The notes under the pieces were generated by a model that did no database searches, was not told the DNA's origin, and was given only the letters and a program-made list of their open reading frames with translations. Made by a program: the position numbers and the translations under genes. Of a stretch of DNA of 64,000 bases, positions 56,101 through 64,000 are shown piece by piece. The stretch is from positions 558,001 through 622,000 of the forward strand of contig SMSO01000008.1 of assembly GCA_004764695.1 (NCBI GenBank), read 5' to 3'. This DNA comes from Schizochytrium sp. TIO01 (taxonomy: Eukaryota > Protista > Bigyra: Labyrinthulomycetes). Every line of letters starts with the position of its first letter. The first letter of the stretch is position 1.

Positions 56101-56816
56101 ATGACACCGCACATGACGCTATCGATGAACACTCGGCGCTCGCTGTGGACCCCAGGGAGGTGCGTCCGTTTGGAGATGCTGTGCCGTCACCTGAAGAGTT
56201 TAAAAGTGACAGAGCACACATGTTCGCTTGCGCTGATGCATTGTATGCTCAAGCGCTCGATAGCGGTATCACCCCCAGTGTGGACCTCGTTAACAGCTAT
56301 CTTGCTGTCAAATGTTCTGGTCTGAGCAAGACTGCATCGGAGCAGATCTTCAATAGCGAGTACGATCGCCTTGATCTTAAGCACGATAAATTTTCCTATC
56401 TGCAAATGATCAAGATGTATTGTCGCATGAAGCGTCTCGACAATGCGCTTGACCTTTTCGAAACCTCTCTGCAAAGTCTTGGAGGTGCACAACAGATCCA
56501 TGGTGACTCGGCAGGTAACCTTGTCAAGTACCTCGCCAAGAACATGCGTGTGGAAGAGGCCCTTGATATCTTGCGCTTTATGAAGACGAACAATCTCGTT
56601 ATCCATGAGCATTACTTGCGTATCTTGCGCTCACGTTGCAAGTTCTTTGGCATCAAGCCAGAGCATGGACTCATCCCCGAAGATCCCCATGCTTGGCGCA
56701 GCACTGAAACTATTGCTAAGGCTGTTCACGCCACGAAGTACTCCAAGAAGGGCCGCAAGCGCTCGAACCGTATGAAGTCTATTGGTCACAAGCTTACCGA
56801 AAGACTCTACCGCTAG
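53178..56816 (+). CDS. Mitochondrial pentatricopeptide-repeat (PPR) protein, 1212 aa from ATG 53178
   Basis: Arg-rich presequence MLRLGLSRLRPAPRS. PPR-like motifs YHYAMQACAR...AFDIFQTMRHHNLPANSVTLSILLNSC, PDTVAYSSLLSVY, FSYLQMIKMYCRMKRLDNALDLFE and LVKYLAKNMRVEEALDILRFMK. Confidence 0.88.
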   Translation: MLRLGLSRLRPAPRSTANSYALLGPHPSLSARAVSGVFVRQYNTKKPRRKRQTKSYKNQPRTESKDDPLNMRGVTNRKAYLSPDGGSPELRELANPAVIKELVFDAELVRQLIQPNPDFSRIDVPHAWNPLPGDTTPEEEIQFAMRLDAIQQNASNRRHANLLPANSDTFGNTSSHSLGAYAENTQAGKGSGRFKNHLDNEDIVPLHASDIVQALGKSEVRPHGGLENAAEDAVSFTETGHLVESVTNVALAELRRDLDAGDMKSAKELAIMLEEAGEKTISDSVVECIVSAQIKDKQVHPAADTINDLIIQRGRKPTVPQICALLDGLLKMREVRRAKNIWDSLNTRFEIEENLQLTRTLMHLEALQQNGFGARRRLIEFEGSVLDIGSLRLNDMGNVHDRREVIMVRDVYHYAMQACARDKDNVHYAFDIFQTMRHHNLPANSVTLSILLNSCQTLLDYELAEEIWVDLTQNEGVVPDTVAYSSLLSVYQRIAHAECAPKPKADYWQKNKPVGYKSPEPYDQARDLVRILKYLPTDAYFNPHYDKLLIQTANEHAAADAEAKYNGTWHEAFEDLNIADRDYFLRQLQKEQLLAHGDELTLAAQQRAMRAAALEGAKNDNTMMIGSTLDGTAHFEDDEDEFNEDDLIHAPVGAGAAEMGLNLPLMMRQDLSENTSVPETLFEPVSLSSPTPDAVHDLLDLPVKPKMEQNIVDEFSKMGYDGKRMQDAFDHNKTDEEVRRTRILGSIDDDDLDDDDNGDFGTLDDLMAALSKQHAVAAGENVDNSVNSNEVIPKGYDRLNVPDAELVVAMLRTFGHNRRSAEHQIVKMSDENFRKELAKVRENKHLLSDDLIAQITRDNLQSFSRPDQNRHRLEDDDDDIEDFNQLDPNKTRNNGKNAKVVNWEDLNDDDFDEDGEMTGEEIERMFAQAEAQLNGAGWGEDSKEEAPDHESSVFPPTTVKGNDGILRRVWAEDFNDTAHDAIDEHSALAVDPREVRPFGDAVPSPEEFKSDRAHMFACADALYAQALDSGITPSVDLVNSYLAVKCSGLSKTASEQIFNSEYDRLDLKHDKFSYLQMIKMYCRMKRLDNALDLFETSLQSLGGAQQIHGDSAGNLVKYLAKNMRVEEALDILRFMKTNNLVIHEHYLRILRSRCKFFGIKPEHGLIPEDPHAWRSTETIAKAVHATKYSKKGRKRSNRMKSIGHKLTERLYR

Positions 56817-57364
56817 ACACAATAGTTATATCGCTTGCTTACTGTTGAACAGGACAAGCAAACTTTTATTTCTTTTCAATTACGTAAAAGGATCAAACCA
56901 GCTTGTACATTTGACCATTTTGGCGCCGTGGATTTAGAAATTTATTTCTCCAGTTTTTGCTTGTTACTGCATCTTCCCTCAAGCAATAACCTCCATTATT
57001 TTATCCATAAAAGTATTCAAAACGAACCTCTTATTCTTCAGTTTCTCACCTCGCGTCTTGACATCTACAACCCTATAGATAGCTCATGGTTATAAGGCAG
57101 CCTATTTCTTTTTGTTTTAGCACTTGAAAGCTATCGTAATATTATATTTACGCTTGAGTTAACAAAGTCCTTACAACAGACCAACTGAGGAAATATTCAT
57201 CTCATTCATCAGTACTTAGTTTCATTCGCTGTTTAAATCTATTCATGCGGCCACCCTTTAAGATAAGGTTTCGATCCCGACTTATTCTCTTCCTCCATGG
57301 TAACTTATTAATAATAAGCTCTACGTATTTAACTTGTTTATTCTCTGCAAAGCAGCTCCAGTAG

Positions 57365-57715
57365 GGTTTCAGAAAAATAAGTTATCTGGGAGTGGTGTCT
57401 ACAAAATAGGTTCAGAAAAATGGAGTAGTGGAGACCAAAAACTCGTTTCTCTTTAGAATAGGCTCAGGAAATGAGTGGTTTGATAACAAACTCCAAAGAT
57501 CTCATTTCTCTTTAACATTAGATCAGAAGAATCCGTAATTTGATGATAGAGTCTGATGTGTTTATTTCTCCATATTTAGTTTTAGAAGATTTCAGAAGAA
57601 TTAATGAGCGAATAACAGAGCTCAAAAACTCAATTCTTTTATGAAATGGTTTTTAGAAATTTGACGAGGTTAATCTTGGAGTCCAAAGAGCTCGTTCCTC
57701 TACGAAATACTCTCC
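57365..57715. repeat. Highly degenerate ~50-60-bp tandem repeat
   Basis: Recurrent motif CCAAA(A/G)A.CTC(G/A)TTTCTCTTTA...TAG..TCAG(A/G)A near 57436, 57493, 57621 and 57683. Confidence 0.5.
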
Positions 57716-58036
57716 TAAGAATTGGTGATCTAATAATGGAAGATTGATTATTAGTTGCTTACTAAACAGTTAAGTAATCGTTCACTGTTCTCTTGGTGTT
57801 CTGTTTCAACGGGCGCAAGAAAACATGCACATCCCAAACAACATCCACACGAACCAGCTATCGCAAAGCAAAGCACCTCCTAAACTTAGAAGAAGTTCGA
57901 CGCTCGAAAGGTTGGGCAGACTAGAACCCTACCCAGCCGATCTCAAAGTTTTGCTTACTAAAGCTTTGAATTATACAAGACTAAGGATAAGGTCATCACT
58001 ACTGTCTTCTTGGACATCGCATAGGACGAGCGCCAT

Positions 58037-60895
58037 ATGGACGCCAAGTTTCACGAGCGCACGCGGGTGCTGCTCAGTGACCTCACTGAAGCAAAACAAC
58101 GAAGAGCTAAAACATATTCACAGGGAAATAATGGCAGAAACCCCACTCCAGGGTCCGCGCAGCGTCTCCAGAGACCGCAATCTGCAGCAGCGGCAGTTTC
58201 GAGAGGTCCCGGTGGAGTTAGTACCACGAATATGAATCAGCATGTGCCACTTCACCAGCAACAAATTCTTCAACAAAAGCTGAAACAGCAGCAAATTTTA
58301 AGTCAAAGCCAAAACTTTAGTCATCTCAAACCAACGAATGCACAACAACGGCCATCATCATCGGGTATGCAAGGCAATCAACAACCGCGGATGCAGGCAG
58401 CAACACTTGGGCACAGTCTAGGACTTGCTTCTTATATGCAAGGCAGCTTTTCAAGTGCTCACACGGCACATCGAGGACCTCAAGCCGTCAGGATACGCAC
58501 AGGAGGAAATCAAGAGGACGCAGACAAGAATTACATTTGGAATAGCTCTCAAGGCACACTCAAGCCGCCTACCTCAACGAACTCAAGAGCATCTGAGGTA
58601 CCATCAAATGGGGTAATGAATGCGAATCCCATAAGACCTAAGAGCGCAACAGCTTCGGCTGAGAGCGCAACACCAGTTAATATTGGCAAGGGTAAAACTC
58701 CTGCAGTACCTTCTGAGGCACCAAGCTGGTCTACGGGCCGCTATTTCACCATGCCTTCAGAACGCGGTGCCAGGCCAAGACACATTGTACAAAAAGGGGT
58801 GCATGGGGCCAGTGCAAGCAATGCTGTCCCCGTAGCTACTTCGATATCCAGAAGTGTATCATTGTCAACAGCGAAACAAAGCAAAAGTGCACCTCCATCT
58901 GAAGAGTCGGCAGCCGTAAATCCAACTGATGGTGTGTTGTTCACTGATGAGAACGAGGCAGGGATTCCCGTAGTCCATAGAACTGCTGCAGCTCGACAGA
59001 AAAATCCGGAACGAATGAATCTAGACCGCCGTGGCCTCACCGTAGTGCCTATCATTGAGAATGAACCTAAATTGCGCTTGCTGAACATGCAGCACAATAA
59101 ACTGAATCTAATGACGAACTTGCGCCTCCCAAACTTGGTCTTCCTAGACCTGTATGATAACCGACTCACAGATATTGGGTCACTAGAGGGTTTGCCTATG
59201 CTTCGCGTACTTATGTTAGGGCGAAATCGAATTTCACGCCTGAATGCCTCCCTAGCCGCCGCTCGTCACCTCGATGTATTGGATCTGCATGCAAACGAGC
59301 TTGCTTCTCTTGAGGATATTGGATCTCTTGCACTGCTGCGCGTGTTAAATGTAGCTGGAAACAAGCTTACGGAGATCCGTGCGCATCATATACGTGGTCT
59401 TCGATCTTTAACTGAGCTGAACGTACGACGAAACAAAATCTGCAACACTTCCGGCATTCGTGTACTGCCATCTTTGCAGCACGTTTTTCTTTCAAACAAT
59501 GCACTCGATGACTATGAATCAATCGAACCTGTTCTTAAGTGCAAAAATCTTACTGAGCTCACACTTGACGGCAATGATGCCGTCACTCGCTCACTCGGTG
59601 AGTCTATTCAGGATTATAGGCAAGAGGTGGTCCGGCAGCTTCCTAACCTTCAGGTGCTAGACCTCCTACCTGTCAGTGAATCCGAGCGTAAGCAAAAGGT
59701 AAAGTATAAAGAGAGCACTCCGTCTGCCACAGGAATAAGCTTGCAACAACCTGAAATATCTGTGACAAAAGAAATCGGAGCTGAGAATAAGTCTATGCCA
59801 AGAGACGCTACATCCTTCGCCACATCACTTAAAACAAGCACTATGAAAGATACTCCACAAACCAGCTACTCCAGGTCAACGGCAAGTACACTGCCATTAC
59901 ACGCTCCTTCTCTCAAAGGGGGAAACACATTCATTAGCCAACATGAAGGTATGGGTGGCTTCAATTCAAGCAAAGAATCTACGATGAAAGTGCGCTACGC
60001 TTCAGACTTTTTATGTCGCGAGATCGATGCATCGGAATCTTCAAGCACAAATTGCGAGCCTTTGCAACGTTGGATTGCGGTGAGGTCAAAACTAGTGGAC
60101 CCCGAATTTATGTCTGCCTTGCAGTTAGACTTGCTTGACCACCAGATTTCTGAAACCGAACGCCGCAAAGGGTTTTATGAGGTTGATGCCTCAGGACCAT
60201 GTAGCACTGTGAAGATCTACGGTCGAGTATATGATGTTCTTCAAAATGCCGAAGTGATGCGCGAAGCTACGGCTGTGGAGCTACAACAGTCATCCTTAGA
60301 TGATTTGGTGGTGCACGCATTGCCGCATCTTCCTGCGCAAGTTTCTCGCGTAACTTTGCTAAGTCCGCGTATAGAGTCGTTGCGGGACCTTGCTGCCATT
60401 GCGCAAGTTATGCCACATTCAGTAGCATCAGTGTCGATCAAAGTGAGTCCAATTGTTTGCATACAATTTTATCGCCCATGGCTCATCTTCCACCTGCCAA
60501 TGATTGGAGTTCTTGATGGAGTGGTAGTGACGCCTGGTGAGCGTGAAGCAGCAAAAAGACTATTGCAGGGACTTTTGCAAAGCGTGATGGTGACCTTGCC
60601 AGGTGATAGTAGTCAAGGTGACTCCATGATGGGTTTGCGCCCGTACCCTGGGTCCATATCGCTGCAATCTGCAAGGGCAAGACAACAGGCAAGTCGCATT
60701 GCCAGTAAGTGTACTGCTAATATCTTACAGCGTGCGCAGCGTCGTGCCACGGAAGAGCTTGAGTTCCAGAGTAGCTTCGATGTGGTTCTTTCCCACAGCT
60801 TGCGAGAGGCGCATCAAGAACAGCAGCTCGCCAAAACAAGTGACTACTGGGACCGCACTTTGCAGAATCTTCGTGCTGGATCAACAAGTAACTAA
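58037..60895 (+). CDS. LRRC49: Leucine-rich repeat protein, LRRC49-like (centriolar satellite / tubulin polyglutamylase complex subunit), 952 aa
   Basis: PERMNLDRRGLTVVPIIENEPKLRLLNMQHN...LVFLDLYDN...LRVLMLGRNRI...LDVLDLHAN...LRVLNVAGN...LTELNVRRNKI follows the LRRC49 repeat order. LRRcap motifs YRQEVVRQLPNLQVLD and YRPWLIFHLPMIGVLDG. Confidence 0.82.
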   Translation: MDAKFHERTRVLLSDLTEAKQRRAKTYSQGNNGRNPTPGSAQRLQRPQSAAAAVSRGPGGVSTTNMNQHVPLHQQQILQQKLKQQQILSQSQNFSHLKPTNAQQRPSSSGMQGNQQPRMQAATLGHSLGLASYMQGSFSSAHTAHRGPQAVRIRTGGNQEDADKNYIWNSSQGTLKPPTSTNSRASEVPSNGVMNANPIRPKSATASAESATPVNIGKGKTPAVPSEAPSWSTGRYFTMPSERGARPRHIVQKGVHGASASNAVPVATSISRSVSLSTAKQSKSAPPSEESAAVNPTDGVLFTDENEAGIPVVHRTAAARQKNPERMNLDRRGLTVVPIIENEPKLRLLNMQHNKLNLMTNLRLPNLVFLDLYDNRLTDIGSLEGLPMLRVLMLGRNRISRLNASLAAARHLDVLDLHANELASLEDIGSLALLRVLNVAGNKLTEIRAHHIRGLRSLTELNVRRNKICNTSGIRVLPSLQHVFLSNNALDDYESIEPVLKCKNLTELTLDGNDAVTRSLGESIQDYRQEVVRQLPNLQVLDLLPVSESERKQKVKYKESTPSATGISLQQPEISVTKEIGAENKSMPRDATSFATSLKTSTMKDTPQTSYSRSTASTLPLHAPSLKGGNTFISQHEGMGGFNSSKESTMKVRYASDFLCREIDASESSSTNCEPLQRWIAVRSKLVDPEFMSALQLDLLDHQISETERRKGFYEVDASGPCSTVKIYGRVYDVLQNAEVMREATAVELQQSSLDDLVVHALPHLPAQVSRVTLLSPRIESLRDLAAIAQVMPHSVASVSIKVSPIVCIQFYRPWLIFHLPMIGVLDGVVVTPGEREAAKRLLQGLLQSVMVTLPGDSSQGDSMMGLRPYPGSISLQSARARQQASRIASKCTANILQRAQRRATEELEFQSSFDVVLSHSLREAHQEQQLAKTSDYWDRTLQNLRAGSTSN

Positions 60896-61163
60896 TTGAT
60901 GCACAGAGGCCTTATTTACCTTATGGCTGAGCGGGCTATTCCGTGAACGTGACGATGTTTTCATTGGAAAGAAAAGTTCACAAGGACTTCAACTAGATCA
61001 AGAGCAAGACAGAGAGAGAATCAGGAAGTTAGATGCGATTGAAATTTTGTAAAACGGGAGGTGAGACACAGCTAAATCGTTTCCGTCTCCCGTACTGGAC
61101 GCATAGGTAGATGTAAGAAATGAAGATGTAGCACAAGGTGTAAAGATTGGTGTAAATGAAAAA

Positions 61164-61666
61164 TTACTCCTCAACCTTGGGGCCAAGACCCCATCGGCCC
61201 TTGAACTCAGGGGTGAGGGCAGGCCAGACGAGCCAAGCGCCAGCAGCAGCGCCGGTGATGAGAAAGGGGGCTATATATCTCCACAATAAAGCAAAAGTTA
61301 CAAAGTGCAGCGAAAGGGTCGTTTTACCAAACAAAGCAGAGAACGGTAGAGGTCATTCAGCAACAACAACACGATGAACAACCAAATGAGAAAGTGAGGT
61401 TTCATGGTTGATTGGAAATTCCACAGCGGTTTTTAATTCATGGAACATCAGACATAATTACGTTAGCCAAAAACAGAGTTCAACTTTCTTTCATCGTAAG
61501 CAGATGTAAGGAACGTTCAGAAACCTTGCAACATGCTTAGAGTTCACTTACCGCGGGGGGTGAGGGACTTGGCGAACTTGACAACGGTGGGGGCGTACTC
61601 TGAGATGTTCACCTCAGCAGTGGGGGCCGAGGTGGCGAGCATGCGGGTCCAGGCACCGACGGGCAT
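61164..61666 (-). CDS. Two-exon 73-aa single-pass membrane protein (exons 61666-61552 and 61270-61164); candidate small mitochondrial respiratory-chain subunit
   Basis: CAACAATG start, GTAAGT donor at 61551, TATATAG acceptor ending at 61271. Splices in frame to MPVGAWTRMLATSAPTAEVNISEYAPTVVKFAKSLTPRAPFLITGAAAGAWLVWPALTPEFKGRWGLGPKVEE*. Strongly C-ending codons, like TIM8. Confidence 0.85.
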
Positions 61667-63040
61667 TGTTGCTAGATTAGATTTCTAAAGATAACTGTAA
61701 AACCTTAGATGCATGTTTTATCGAGTCAAACCACCGTGCCCGTATTACACCAGTACCAAAGCCATTTGAAAAACCACAACAAGCATAGAGAAGAGTCCAG
61801 GTCATTCAACGTTATGCACACCACCGAGAATAAGCCACCGTTTATAAAAAGTACACATCAGCAGGAACATCAAAAAAAAAGAAAGCGTTCACACGGTCAA
61901 GATAAAATTTCATCGTCCAGCATGTACACGGCAAATTAGTTCGCAAGGACAAAAGCATCACACGTTAGTCACTTGTTCATGATCGAATGTTCATTTCCTT
62001 TTCACAGCTCCACTATATAGCACACGTAACAAATATATGTGTGTTTGTTGGTTTTATCTCTCCAGAGCCTCCTGAGACGCCCTAAGTCTCCCTGAGGACA
62101 GTTGGGCGATCAAAAGCAACTCCATCCCTCACGCCTGGCGCATCGAAGTCCACGAGGCCGCCGCTAGCTTATTATCATAATTATATTGACAACAATAACA
62201 CTAATAATAGTAACAACGACGAGACACGAACAAAGCGCCTCATCTACACCTCGCAAAATGCGTGTCCATGCCGGCGGGAGGGCAAGTCCAGAAGGGAAAG
62301 GGAGGCGTGTTGAGGGTGGATGAAGGTACGTGGGCTTAGAAAAGGCTCGGGTGTGAGCATGGCGGGCATAACCTACGCTTCAAAGGCGTCCTCAAGCGTA
62401 CAAGATCTCGCTCTGCGCTCCTCCGCCAATCTCAGCGCCGCCATTGCAGCCGCGGCCGCAACAATTTCCTATTACCAGATCATTCTATATATATTATTTA
62501 AATAATTCAGACTACACTTTGTCTTTTGGCAGCTGCACCTCGCAAAATATGTTCTACTAAACCCCCCTGCAGCAGGTCCTTGAAAAGGCAGCCATCAAAC
62601 TTGTAGGGGCATTCTAGGAGAGTTAAAGGCACTGAGGTGGGCTCAGCCCCCATAATTAGGTGTTCTGCAATACCCCCTACCCGCTTAACCTGATACCCGA
62701 AGATCCTCCACGTAGGGGGGTTTAATTTAAGTCTCTATTGGGTTTCGCAAATGTTTCCCCGAATGCAGTGCAGGTACCCAGATAAGCAGGGCGGGGTGGT
62801 CTCGGGGGAACATATGTTTCTCCGCCACCGAACTGTCTATTCTTAGGATACCCGCTCTTGAAGGTTGGGCAGCGAAGGGAGAAGACCTCGAAGGCCCCGC
62901 CTGAGGTGGGCAGGGCAGCCGAGGAAGAGGGAATGGGGCCTCTTCGCGAAGCGACCCCACGGCCTCTGACGGCTTTCTTCGCTGCCTGGCCAGACGAGGC
63001 TGGCCGGCGCGGGGTAAAGAGACAGAGAGGTTTAACCCAG

Positions 63041-63240
63041 TTTAGCCCACTTAGACGGCCCAAAGCCCCACTTGCGCGGGCTATAAGCCCCACTTGCGCG
63101 GGCTATAACTCACTTGTTGCTCTCGGTATAACTCACTTGCGAGCCCCTCCCCTCCCCGCTTCTGAAATGGCCCTGTGAGGCGCCGCTATAACCCACTTGC
63201 GCGCCCTATAGCCCACTGTGTGCGACCTTATAGCCCATAG
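63041..63240 (+). promoter_or_regulatory. ~21-bp-phased array of a TATA(A/G)CYCACTTG motif (about 8 copies, some degenerate)
   Basis: Core CAC(TT) starts at 63048, 63069, 63091, 63111, 63134, 63194 and 63214, with a degenerate copy at 63236. A regulatory role is inferred. Confidence 0.6.
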
Positions 63241-64000
63241 TAGACCGCCGCTATTCTCTAGTTGCCCTTCCCCCCGTGAGACGAGGCGAGAAAGATACAC
63301 GGAACGCCGAGAAAGAACAGCGAAAACAATAGGACAGAACGGCCGTGATTACGAGAAACGGGAAAGAACGCCAGAGAACAGTAGGTGCTACTGGCACATA
63401 ACCAAGTCTTATCCACTCTAGGTCTATGGCTAGCAGTAGCAGTAGCGTGGAGGATAGATAGATAGAAAGGTAGATAGAAAGAAAGGAAGGAACTTGAAAG
63501 AATGGTCCGAGGAAAAAGAAAGAACAGAACGGCGAAAGAAGGAAAGAAAGAAAGAAAGAAAGAACGCAGAAAAGAGAGAACTTGATTGAGAAAGTTATTA
63601 CTTTATTTCGCTCTCATCAGTCTTTACCCTTAATCATAATACCTCTTTCATTTCATTTGGATAGTTGATCAGAATAATGTTTTTTTCATTAAAAAGAAGA
63701 TACTATGATGACATGTATATGATACACGTATAATGTATATTGTATATAGGTGTTTGAAGGAATTGCTCTTTCTTTTAACGCCAAAGTTAAAAGAAAGAAG
63801 AAACAGAATTGTTTTCTTAGGAGTGAACTTTCGAGAGCGACGTTATCCCAGCGCATCAATGCGCAAACCGCCGTAGCCTGCCTGCATGGGCGAGCGTCTA
63901 GAGCCTCGGGCCCAGCAGGATAGTTTGAGAGCGCCGCATGTCTGCGGTCTTTGCATGGATCAGCTTGCGGCGATGCCTCTGATGACAGCAGTGCATTCGA

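Noticed and set aside
54660-56220. Intein interpretation of the PPR insertion
   Set aside because: No terminal His-Asn followed by Cys/Ser/Thr at the junction and no LAGLIDADG/HINT motifs. The composition is acidic and disordered.
29521-60895. Functional clustering of ciliary (CFAP43, LRRC49) or mitochondrial (Obg, TIM8, PPR, microprotein) genes
   Set aside because: The genes are far apart, interspersed with unrelated ones and belong to large functional classes, so chance co-occurrence is sufficient.
63041-63240. CRISPR or other guide-RNA array interpretation of the phased motif arrays (also 16434-16554 and 22803-23040)
   Set aside because: Cores (~13 bp) and spacers (~8 bp) are far too short, the 22.8-kb repeat is a tandem duplication without unique spacers, no cas or nuclease gene is nearby, and the context is eukaryotic.

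Overview
This window is eukaryotic nuclear DNA from an intron-poor, microsatellite-rich, flagellated protist. A stramenopile, most plausibly a thraustochytrid/labyrinthulomycete, is inferred from gene content and style and is not proven. There are about 14 protein genes: a 5'-truncated tandem SAM-like protein, RAD52 with a Q-rich tail, a 72-aa tail-anchored repeat protein, a spliced Obg-family GTPase (first exon missed by the ORF track), a coiled-coil protein, TIM8, an atypical G-protein alpha subunit, a secreted Cys-rich GPI-type protein, CFAP43, an Asn->Val bZIP factor, a ZZ-finger + bromodomain gene broken by a -1 frame change, a mitochondrial PPR protein with a ~520-aa insert, LRRC49, and a 73-aa two-exon membrane protein absent from the ORF track. 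Two probable pseudogene relics are also present. The most unusual non-coding signals are (i) two loci ~47 kb apart that each carry a ~21-bp-phased array of the same TA(T/A)ARYYCACTTG-type motif, and (ii) a ~100-bp tandem repeat with a palindromic core whose two arms have expanded symmetrically. No rRNA, tRNA, CRISPR array or intact transposase was recognised.
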